Part shown: positions 34,587 to 46,023 of the stretch, piece by piece | How the letters are laid out: each line of letters begins with the position of its first letter | How positions within the stretch are numbered: the first letter of the stretch is position 1 | Assembly: GCA_000708835.1 (NCBI GenBank) | Contig: DF237164.1 | Coordinates: 1 to 64,000 of the forward strand | Source: Klebsormidium nitens | Taxonomy: Eukaryota > Plantae > Klebsormidiophyceae | DNA length: 64,000 bases | Reading direction: 5' to 3' | Translations under genes and position numbers: made by a program | Notes under the pieces: model-generated | The model's input: the letters and a program-made list of their open reading frames with translations, nothing else | What the model was told of the DNA's origin: nothing | Databases searched by the model: none

Positions 34587-37156
34587 TCAGTCCTTTGAGG
34601 TGATTACAAGCAAGCCTAGTGCTCCTATCAAGATGATCTGCAAAAGAAAAAGTGTGCTTCGGTGTCAGGATAGAACCAACCATAAGGACACGACCTTGGA
34701 AGCTTTCCAGCACAGCCGGATTTTGGTCTTCATCCAAACGCAGAAAGGACCTGCGATCTGGTGAGCAGGAGCATCGCAAAGCGTGGCTGTAATCTCGGGT
34801 GACAACTCAGGCACCATGACGAGCCTACACACAAAACAGAAATACGTGCTCGATCTTCAGGCAGACTTGCTTACCTTCACATAAGGATAGTCTGTCATCA
34901 GGATTGTTACAATCCCGACGTAAGGCAAGTACCTGCGCGAAAGAGCACCGATTGAGATGCCAGGCTGCAATCTTTCAGGCGGCTTTGTAGTCAGCACCTG
35001 GTCCATTTGATCCACCGTATACTGCCGGTTGCATCAACGTGTTAGTACAAAGCGTCCAGGCGCGACCCGCGAAGTAAGTAAGAGAACGCACCAGTCTTCA
35101 CCAACTTACAAGAGGCATAAACATCACGGGTTTTGGAGAGCCCATGTATACGGGTGCATCAGTAACTGTCCGGGGAGGCGGGCTTGCAGATATTTTTAAG
35201 CTGACCGCTTCGACCAGGTTGGCTTCAAAACGAAGTGAAACTTCAAAAGAGGCAGGATTGAAAGGGCTATACGGAATCTGCCGAGAGGCAGTACGACGAA
35301 CACCGATACTTGAAGGTCCACAAAGTATCAGATGAGATCGGGTGCGCCTTCCATTCCGATGTCGTATCAAGCAGACATCGAATATGGTCTGGCAGGCCTT
35401 TTGTAAGCTGTTTACGGAGCTCCGTTGCAACCCAGAACCATCTTCGTCTCCAAAGCACCAATCCTGAAAGCCACCGTTGACTGAGTTGTCGTCCTCTGCC
35501 TGTGCTTCTCTTCGGAAGTCCCAGAAGATCTTTTTTGCTTATCTCCTAGAAAAAGGACCTCTTCAGAAGTCCCAGAAGATCTTTCAATGCCTATTTCGTA
35601 GGAAAAGCACATCCTGAACATGTTGATCGAGGCAAGAAACAAACGAGCGTTCAGAAAGACGATGCTTCTGGCTAAGTCATTTCTGTCATTACTCACCCGA
35701 CTGCCCGCCCCATCACATGTTTCCGATTCAACCACATTTGACCTTGGGCATAGAGTGGTCGATCGTCTCCAAAGTTGTTGTCACCTGAAATAAAGTGGAC
35801 ATCGAACGATCGCAAACCAACCGACGGATGACTTCTTTTAGGGACACAGCGACCACAGAAAGGAAAGAATTGACGAGACAAACAGGTCCGTGGAGACTGG
35901 CGACTTATCCAATTGGAAAGACTTACAATCCTTGCCAAACAATGTCGTCGATTGAACAGCAATCCTTCAGAAGCTTGGCTTCACTATGACTTCGATGTCC
36001 AAAAACTGCGTACGACTTCATCTGAAACAATGAAGTTGACTGACCAATGTGTGAGTTACGACATCCAAATTGCGAGATTGTTGATCCAAGTCCTGCTTAC
36101 CTTTTGTTAGAACCTCAACCTCTCCCGTCTCTGCTTTTTCATGGACTCTGATCACTCGGTGCACGATTGGGATGTCCCGACCATCGATGTTGAAAACAAC
36201 AATCTCCCCTGCTCTGATCGGCGCGTTACTCATATGTAGGAATAGGATATCGCCCTGCATCAAGAGGTAAAGAGCAGTCCTATCGCTTTTCGGTCATATT
36301 TATGATGGTCCTCACACTGGCCAGCAAATCAATGAACCATACGGTCAAACTAATTGCAGGGGCTCTCTTGGCCCATGGTGGCGCTGAAAGTACATGCCGG
36401 ATGCCCCATAGTATAGGACGCCGTCAGCCACATGTAGGTGCCACAGTTTGTGTCATACAGAGAAGGGGCACTGCAAGAGACACCATCACAAAACAGACAG
36501 AAATTGCATATGTAAGCAGGAAAAGTACGCACCCTTCGGAATCCTGGTTCCATGCTTCCGCTCAAGACAACCACGACCGGTGATTCACTTCCGGTGACCA
36601 CCATCAGGCCCTTCCATATCATCAAGGCTGATGACACAATCAAGCCTGCAGGGGACAACCAAGGTAGAGGATCATCGACGCGTCCGCTGAAGACAGGCGG
36701 AAAAATGTCTGCCATCTTGCAACAATTCGGCCATACTGTTTCAGCACTGCTTCTTAAAACTATCTCACTCAGGTTAGGTGATTGGCACTGGACCAGCAGG
36801 GCGGTGATCCAGGACACAGCAGAAGTGGTTTTGAATAGATAAGATGACAGGAAGAAGTCTTTCAAGTGTGCACCGGTTTGATGATCCTTGCGGGGGGTTC
36901 ACTCCTTGAAAACCCAAAGGCATTAAAATCGGAAGCATCTTCTGCGAAGCTACTGAATGCTGCCCACCGATTGTTTCAGGGGCTTTTTTAATCTTCCGTT
37001 GAAGATTGTATTAGTGGTGGCACAGAGGAAAGAGTGGTTTTGAACAGAGTAAGGGAGCTTACCTAGGCTGATTGCTTGTGATATCAACTGCCTCACATTC
37101 AGCGTCTTGAAATATGTATGCACATCTCGCACCGCGTCCTTCACGTATCCAATCAT
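34587..37156 (-). CDS. SEC11: Signal peptidase complex catalytic subunit SEC11 (S26B)
   Basis: Exons 37156-37063, 36645-36533, 36254-36101, 35784-35697, 34932-34875 and 34637-34587 give 185 aa in frame. Motifs: [40 protein letters not shown]. Confidence 0.96.
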
Positions 37157-38041
37157 TTTGCCTTGTTTCAATACACAAATCAACCGTTGCAAGACTCTTA
37201 CTTCAGTGGACATCAAGTCAACAGCTGATAAATGCAACGACCTTGAAAGCTTAGCGATTTCCCATAGTTGGCGCCTTAAGATGCAATTCCTGGTCTTACA
37301 AACCCACCCACCAACTACTTAAATGGCCTCATTCAAGCTCGAAACATGTCATTGTCAGACGGCCTTCCTCTGTATGATTGTCCAGAGGAAATTCAGCTTG
37401 GTGCTGCTTGGTGCTGCCTCAAAGCGCCCTTCTGCAGGCTGTGACATATGTTTTGGCGCATTGCAAATTGCCAGCCTGAGCCTGATCTCCTCTTCTCCAA
37501 ACTAGAGAAAGCAGAATTTTGATTGCAGATTTCGATGGCATTTACCGTATGCAGATACTGATTGGCCACTTTTACGCGCCAGATCCGCTCCAAATCCAAA
37601 TCAGAAGCTTCTGCTCATGCAGAACTTGCCTTGAACTTGCTTCGACTCCGAGTCCCAGACTCGAACTTCAAGTTCAAAGTCAGATCACCCAGAGCCAAGT
37701 CAGGCTCTGGGCCAAAGTCAGGCAGAGTCAGCCTTGGGCTCATGGCAAATACTGGCATCTGCATTCTGCAGTGGTAGGAAAACCGAAAAGGATTGCATGG
37801 CCGCGGCGCCTGCATTGGCATGCCAGGGCTTGCATTCTTGGCTGCAGAGCTTCCTCGTGCACATTGCAGAGGAACTAGGTTCTGCATAATTGGGTGAAGG
37901 TGAAGGAAAAAGAGCTCAAAATTCTGGAATCCTTGACGATGCTGCTCCTTGGTGGTTGAGGGATCATCTTGGTCCGCTGGGACAGACCGCTCAGTTTTTT
38001 CTGACTCTTATTACATTCTGATTTGACGCTCATCTATCAGG

Positions 38042-41000
38042 ATGGACATCTCTCTTGAAAGAGTGGGTGAGCAGCCGAGTAACCACCCCTGGCTCTCGGC
38101 CCCTCCCAGTAGCCCTCGGATTGGAAAAGTTGCTCGGCCGCCTCGCAGCCCGTCAACAGTAACCTCTCCATACTCAGCCCCTTCCACCTCCAAAAAGCGG
38201 CCTAGCAATGAGGTCAGCTTCCCTGATATCTTCAGCATTCCGGATGCAAACTGGCCGGCGGACCCCATCAAGAGGCCAGGGCACCGGCGTTCAGCGAGCG
38301 ACTCGATGGCATTCCTAGACAGCGGGATCAACAACATGCATTCTTTCAGCAACATGCCGTCTCTAAGTGGAGAGCAGGACAGCATCTTTGAAGGAAATCA
38401 CTCATCAGGCGGCAGGCCCTTGAACGGGTTCGGAGAAGTGCCTGATCCCGACTCTGACAATGTGATGGCCATGTTTTTGGACATGGACGCCATCCATGAT
38501 TCGCTTTTCTCGAGGGGCGAACCAGAGAGTATTGCAGGCAAGCACGCGCCAAAGCATCGGAGGGGAGCGTCTGAGGGTGGGATTTCAAATTCCTGGCTGG
38601 CAAATGGGGGGTTTGTTGCCCCTGAGCAACAAATGGGGGGACTGGCCAGTGTTCGGGAGGCCCCAGTCCCCGGAGAAGCAGTTTCCATGCCATCCTCCCG
38701 TATCAATCAGCCCCCAAAGCGCAGGGGCCACCAGCGCACCTTCTCTGAACCCCCAACGTCACTGTCTGAGGAGACAAGCTTTGCTAGCGAAGAAGACATC
38801 AAACCGTGCATTTCGGGCAGTTTCCTGGATGGAAGTGCAGCGACCGACGACAATCGACTGGTGGGATTGTCAGAACTCAAAAAGGAGCTGGGTATATCGG
38901 GGCCGCTGAAAGAGAGCGAATTGGAGCTCCTGCAAATGGATCCACGAAAGGCTAAGCGGTAAGTGTTTGAGCATGCTGCGAGCACACAAAGTAGCATTCT
39001 GCCAGGTTTTTTGATGTAGCACATTCAGCAATCTTGCCAGGGAAAGGGATCAAAGGACAGCCTTCTCTAAGTGCCAGGTAGCTTTTACCAAATCGACCTT
39101 TTGTCTCTAAGCATCACTGAAGCGTTGCCTTGAGATAAAGTTGTTTCTTCTGATGTGGGTACAAATCAAAGCTAAAATTAGGGTTATTGCTGGCTTGCAT
39201 AGCATAGGGTGGATGCTCAGGCAATGTCGTGAACATGTGCAAGTGTGTGGTAGCATTCTGTCTGGCTTACAGCTCCTGCTTTCAGTTAGATTAGCAGCAT
39301 GTAATTCTCGATTGAGACAGCTTCTGCCGTACTGCACCACGGAGCGAGTTTGATCGCAAAGCCATGGGCCCATGCTATAAAGATAAAGAGTGTTGCAAGA
39401 GTTATTGGATTATATGGAGAGTGCTTTAATTGTGGCATGCCTGTGCACAGTTAAGAGGTGATCATTGTGTCTGCGATTAAAGAGATGAATTGGCATCTAC
39501 TCTTTGACTTCAGCAGTACCTTGTCAAATTTAATGAGCAATTCCCATCCTTTCAAAAGAATTGAACAGTATTTGTAAGGGGGCATTCTGGATGGCATTTG
39601 CAAGCCTTGTTGTTGCTCCCACACAATGACAAGCTTTGGCAATTTTCTGATCTGCTCCCCCCTGTGTTGCGACACTCGACGAAGCCCCCAATTGATTGAG
39701 TTCCTTTTGGCAATTCATTGAGAGTTGCTCAAACTTTCTTCCTGGTCTCTTTGTTGCAGGGTGCTCGCTAATCGGCAGTCTGCCCAAAAGTCTCGGATTC
39801 GAAAGCTTCATTACATATCCGATCTAGAAAAGCGAGTCACCTTACTGGAGGTGAGTGCTCCTCGAATCAGCCCCCCCACAGGCTTCTTGTGTGGCCCAAG
39901 AGATGAATCACTGGTTGCCCCATTCATTAAACGTGGAGAGTGGTTTCGAGTCCTACGTCTTTGCCAACCGCTTGATGCCCCACGGTGGTTCCTACTTGTA
40001 AGCAAGCTGCTTGTATCTGCACAGGCAGGGCCCCTGCTTATCTGATCTTGCCACTGCAGTTTCTTGAGTTAACATATAGTGCTTCTAGATCTCGCGAGTT
40101 TGACGCTTTTGGTAAGAGACATCTGGTGATTAGATGTACTATGCGCACTATTGCTGAACTGATCAGGAGGCCCTCACAGAGCTGTGGTTCAAGTGAAGCA
40201 TTGATCATTCTGTGAAGTCCCCTTCTTCCAAGGATGAAAGTTTGCCGTTTCGGTTAGAAATCATGAACAATGGAGTTGAATACCTCACCCTCCTGAGATG
40301 CATGCCCACTTGAAGTGAGCCTTCCCCATTCTGAGCGCCAAACAGACCGAAATGTCATGTACGCACAGGCGGACTTGAAAGCGCTGCAGCCGAAAGTGGT
40401 ATACCTGGACCAGCAGCGGACGAAGCTGAACGGCGCAAACAGCGAGCTCAAGCAGAAGATTGCAGCCCTTCAGCAGGAGACTGGATTCAAGGATGGTAAG
40501 CGTTTCGGTCTGCGCACCACTTTCTTTCCCTATAGCAATAGCCAATCTGCATCTGTTTTTCGTTCGCGAGCTTTTTGGCCTCAGGGCGCTGAATGGGACA
40601 AGTTGTTGTCAAATTGGTGCAGCCTAGCCTATGAGAAAGCTCCGCTGGAAGTTTGTATCACGGAGACATGTTTCGAAAGAGAGTTTTCCTAGCTTACAGC
40701 GTCACAGGGCCGCGATTACCGTTTCTGGGGAGGTTGAGTACACGCAACGTCTTGAAACGTCAAGAGAAGGTCGCAGAGACGGGGAATTTGACATATAATG
40801 AGGATTTCAGAATTTGTTTGTCAAAGGTAAACCGGCATTTCGAGAAGTGATTCGCACTTGCACTCGCACTTTTTTCCGTCGTCCTTAGAGGATCAGCGGT
40901 CGAGGGTGAATTCCAGAGATCAAGAAAATACTAACAGGGGCCGCAGGGGCACAGCCGTCTATAAAGCTTTTGAGAGGCCTGTGTGATCGTTCCGTACTAC

Positions 41001-41337
41001 CACAGAGATCTTCATCCATATATGCCTCTTCTGTGCAGCCCTAAATGACGCGCTTCAGAAGGAGGTCGAGCGATTACGGCGGAACATCGCGAGCAGCGCC
41101 CCATTAAATGGACGGTCCGGTTTCCAGCTTGGGAGCGACGATCTGCCATCCCACCACGCGCCTTTCGCTGGCGATTCAAGCGGACCAGGCCCGCGTCCCG
41201 ATGCAAACGCCCCTACAGGAGAAGCGGTTGAATTCGAGCACGTCACGGGTATGGATTTCGGACAGTCCCGGGATAGCTTCCAACATTACCTGGACGATTT
41301 CAACACGGGCGGCTCGTTCCTGTTGGACTCGTTGTGA
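38042..41337 (+). CDS. bZIP transcription factor, plant group E type (bZIP34/61-like)
   Basis: Exons 38042-38958, 39760-39850, 40369-40495 and 41039-41337 join in frame. Basic region DPRKAKRVLANRQSAQKSRIRKLHYISDLE; zipper ..LQPKVVYLDQQR..LKQKIAAL..FKDALNDALQKEVERLR; N-terminal HRRSASDS motif. Confidence 0.92.
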
Positions 41338-42736
41338 GGGTGCAGCGTGAATACTGTACAAAAGCACGGTCGTATCATAGTAGGTTCGCAAGCCACTGCG
41401 TAGGAAAGGACACGTAGCAGCACCCTAAGCGTGCTGATAGATAACGGTCACAGTGCAAAGTCGCTGCAAACGGATATGGAAGATGCCATCGACAGCGGAA
41501 CCAAGTCAAAAGTATACCGTGAGAATTGGATGCTCTCAGGAAAGCGACTAACTTGTGCGACTGGGGGTTCACAAAGGTTTCGCTCATGCAACGATGGTCC
41601 TGCTTGCTACTAAAGACGGTACAATCTGTGCTCCCCTTTGGTACAGGTTGTGCTCCCTTTGCTCCAAGCCATCAAACCATGTCCGGATAGGTTGGAATGC
41701 AACCACGTTGTTTGCATGTGCCCTGACAAGCTAAGCGGCGTGCAGGCTGCAACATTTCTGTGAAGGTCCTTGAGACAAGCTGAATTATATAATCGTCCAT
41801 GTAATATCACAGCATATATAACGGCTCCTTCAAGCCCATGTGATGATTCCAAGCCAAGCATGGAGTGGACTTAGTTCGACGGCTTGGCTACAGCAGCGCC
41901 GTCTGCTAGGATAAAGATTGGACCCTTTCATTAGGTTGTCCACAATCTATGTGCCGCCCGAACCTCTTACGGATTTGTGCTAGGTTTCAGATCGAAACTT
42001 AAGAGGTTGATCAGTGCAAAGCATACACACGAATTCGATATAAGATGGTCAATGTCAACGTGCATGATGTGCAACCGGTTCAAATACTCCCATTTAGAGT
42101 CATCAAAAAGGTGCGACAGTGTTGGTAATGTCAGGCATGTAGCGAGCCCCTGATTGCACAACAGAGCACACTGCTCTGGAGCGGATGCATCATTCAGAAC
42201 GTTTTCGAACCGTAAATGCTCGTATTATTGGCAGGCCTGGATAGAGCTTTGAGCATGACTTCTTGGCAGCGTTAATTCAACCTGCTACCTGGTATGCCCT
42301 TGTGACAAAAAGCTTAAGGCACACGTATATGCTGTTGCGTCTGAAGGTGTATCACACGTCGTAAAAGTACCTTCGCACCAACAATGGCAACAATGAACTT
42401 CATGGGGTCGAAGCGGGCGTCGGATTCTCGGATGCGGGATTCCGTTGACTTTCCGTTCAGCTGTAACAAACCTGTGACAATCTTTCCGGCGGGATTTAAA
42501 GTGGGCGTCGGGTTTCAAAGCTTGGGAAATGCACACTCAGTGAGTCTGAGTCTTTTTTGGACGGATCAGATCGCAAGTTCGGGCGATTTGGGCTCCCTGC
42601 ACCGTCGATCAGTTTTGAAGGACGTGCACGTCCTACGCCCACTTTAAGCGCATACGTAAATCTCGGACCGTATTTGGCCGGCCACGCCCCCGCGTCGGCG
42701 GCGCAGTGTGACTTACTGCACGGCGCGCGCGGCCTA

Positions 42737-42895
42737 CCAATAGATTGCAGGCGGCGTTTCACTGAAACTTTCAGTGAGGCCGTCACAGTGCTCTTCAAAA
42801 GAGAACTCGGTGTGCCAATAGATTGCAGGCGGCGTTTCACTGAAACTTTCAGTGAGGCCGTCACAGTGCTCTTCAAAAGAGAACTCGGTGTGCCA
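42737..42895. repeat. Perfect 78-bp tandem duplication
   Basis: Identical units at 42737 and 42815. Each contains TTGCAG|GC and the palindrome TCACTGAAA-C-TTTCAGTGA. Confidence 0.95.
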
Positions 42896-43662
42896 TGATC
42901 AATCCACTGACTTCATGAGAGCGAAAGCGCCGACTTGTCAAAGCGGGTGCAAAGACAAGCTGGTCTTGCTGAAGCCGAGCGAGGCGAATCTTGTGCGGCA
43001 ACTTAACTGAAGATATGGAAGGTAGGCACGTCTTGACAGAGTCAGACAGTGGAAGACTTTCCAGATCACACCTCTTTTTTCCACAGTCATCTCTCTCCTT
43101 TCTCTTTAGCTGACATCATATTGCTCTCCTGGGAACCATCAAAAACTACTTGGTAATGTTCTCTTTAATCCATGGAATGTAGCACAGCAACGATAGAGAA
43201 TAATCGTCAAATCATCTAACGATGAGATGACTCATGGACTCTAAGGCTGCTTACAGACCAAGTCTAGTGTGACGCTGGTTGCAGAGCTTTTATATAGTCC
43301 TGAATTGTTGATCCGGAGGGGATAAAGCAGAATGACAGAATTGCTGACTAGGTTGCATCCGACCAGAAACCTACCAGTTCATTCTCAACCAACTCAGCAG
43401 CTTGATTTCAGAATGTTCCATCGCTTCAGGTGTGAAATAGTGTTGGGCTCAATAGACAAACCGTGGAGCATATTGCTTGTAACTCTTCACTCAACCTTTC
43501 AAAGCTCATTCATCTCAACACACCACTGCTTAGTGCCCGCTTCAACGCCTTTCACCTAAATGGTGTCGGTAAGAGCTGATTCAGTGGCCTTTTGATCGAA
43601 ACCTGATGAAAAGAGAAGCCATGACGTGAACCCAAACTAAATCGCCTTCGCCTTCTTTCCAG

Positions 43663-44786
43663 GATGCATCTCTTATTTCATAACACCAGCACAGCAGAAG
43701 CTCATAGGCAAGTCGATATTCTACATCGTAGAAGACGAAGAAAAGGAACTGGAATCTAGAGCTGTGGGTATCTTCTACAGCACAAAGAAGGCGGTGACTG
43801 CAGATCACTGCTTGTCCGACAATCACGTGATTGGCAACACAGTCTTGGCAAAGCTACCAGGTAAGCATATTGTTCTGTGAATTTACTTTGTTCCGCATCT
43901 TTAAAACGGCCCAAAATGTTTTGGCGCGGCTGAACGAGCGGCTGTAGAATGGTATACTAGTCGACTTTGTGCCGTTTCGGGCAGGAATCCGGGCTGGTAC
44001 AGGGCTGGTACTTCGTTCCAACGTCGGGATAGGAATCAACAACCCCAGGTTGAAAGGTTTTGATACTCAAATTGACAGTGCGCCCATGGGTTGCGCTTAC
44101 TATACTTCTAGTAAGGAGAATATAGGCCGAGGCCTCGACTCATGCGATGCAATCTCGTAGTCAAGCTTGAACTCGGTCGTATTGGAGTAAACTTAGAGCC
44201 GGACAAACAACAAATGTGAACGGGGGTGTTGAAAATGCAATAAGTCCTTCTCCTGACGCTGAAGCTGAGAAACAATCGAAATGGTGTGCTATGCTCTCCA
44301 CAAACTCGGCTTCCGACGAATTGCCAAGAGCAGGAGAGACGCTGAAGCTGGAAGTTGTCTTCCGGTGTCCGGAGCTGGACTATGCTATTCTGCAATCGAC
44401 CTACCCGCACGAACGAGTCTCTTCCCGTGTTAACCGGAGCTCCGGAAGCGCTTGAAGGATCAGAGCTGGTCGTGGCATCCTTCCAGATTGGGATCGAGGT
44501 TGGGGCCCCCATCTTTAGACGCCGGCTTGGCTTCACACCAGCGTATCCAATCACTTTCAGCAAAGATAAGCGCCACATGATTCACGATTGCCCTGCTTAT
44601 GGTGGCGGCCCGGGTGCAGCCTTCATTCTGAGTGATGGTCGCCTGGTTGGAATGCATCTAGACAGTCTACTTTCGCTGAAGCATGAAGTAGAGAGAAAGA
44701 GAAGCACGGCAACTCCTCTGAATGACCTCGAAGAGTACGTTGGGAAGATCTCGACCCTCAAAGCATGTTACGAGGATGGCACGTAG
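43663..44786 (+). pseudogene. Trypsin-like peptidase pseudogene (frameshift; catalytic Ser replaced by Pro)
   Basis: Exon 43663-43860 has AVTADHCL (His motif). The exon from 44334 has ELDYAIL (Asp motif), then a frameshift near 44410-44420. Downstream it reads HDCPAYGGGPGAAFILSDGRLVGMH, where GDSG is expected. Confidence 0.75.
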
Positions 44787-46023
44787 CACTCCTCGTGCAC
44801 GTCTTTGCGGACCACTGGGACGGAAAGATTGTCGGGCCTAAAAGTCCTATCTTTTGAGACAGGTTGGCATCGGAACATTGCTTCTAAGATCCCTAGTCAG
44901 CGCAGTGCTCGTCCAGAAAGTCACTATCTAGGGTGGGGCTCAGCCGCATGGGCCGCTAGCCTGCAGGCCTCTAGCTATGACAGCTTAGCCGTGTCGGATG
45001 CGCTGGTCGGGGCTCATTGTGATTTCATTCCGCGGCCAATGGGCCTCAGAAGCATGCTAGATGGTCAGGATCTGCCTGCCGGGCGCGGCCCATGCCTTGA
45101 TGGAACGCACCGCCCGGTGCACCGCGCGCGTTCCTTGACGCGTCTTCGCGAGCGTTTGAAGTCAATCAATCGATCATCATCATTGAGATGGTTCGCGGTC
45201 GTCTCGAAGAAGCATACCTCCGTCTGATCGCGAAACATTAATTGCGGGTCACAACTGCCTAACTGTCGCATGCCCTGACAACCGTCCAAAGAGGAATTCA
45301 AAATGACATGGATGCATATCTGTACGCATATGAAGAATGATGTATATGCAAGGTCTGCATATGCGCATAGTTATTCGATCCTCTTCATCCGCTCTGCTCA
45401 GAACATTACGCAGAACCACATATAGACTATTGTAATGCGTTTCAAGCCATTGGGAGCGGCATATTGGATTAGTGTACGGCGACAGACATTCGATTGTCTC
45501 TGCGGGGCATCCGACGATCATACATACCGGCACGTATATTAACGTGCAGCGCGCTAGGATCACCTCATGATGACGGGCAAGCTTTGCCACGTGCTTTGCA
45601 GGTATCAACTGCAGAGGGCACACCATACAATTCGGTGAAACAAATCAAGGCAGGCTTGGCGCGCCGCGCTTGTTTTGAGCCTTGCTATTTCGGAACTCGT
45701 TCTTCAGCACGTTTTGACAATGTCGATTCCTCGAAATGCTCATCTCTATTGCCGGCGCGCTGCCAGATGCGATTCCCACCCATCTGGCCAAAGCCGGGCG
45801 CTGCTGCCAGCTGGCGGCCGGCGCGCATTGTCGGCGTACAAATCACCTTGACGGCTGCAGAACTACATCTACGCGGCCGCAGAGACAGCGTGGCACCCTC
45901 GTGGCCGTTTCCGACAATTCCGTGGGCCCCACCTCCCGGCTCAAGAGGACCGTTCCGGAACCCAATATGTCGGCGAAACTGCCATGATCTTGGCAATAAG
46001 TGCACCGTCGCCGGGTCGTGTTG

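Noticed and set aside
42496-42898. ORFs with repeated peptides (IDCRRRFTETF.. / KSTVTASLK..)
   Set aside because: The peptide repeats simply reflect the 78-bp DNA duplication; no family evidence.
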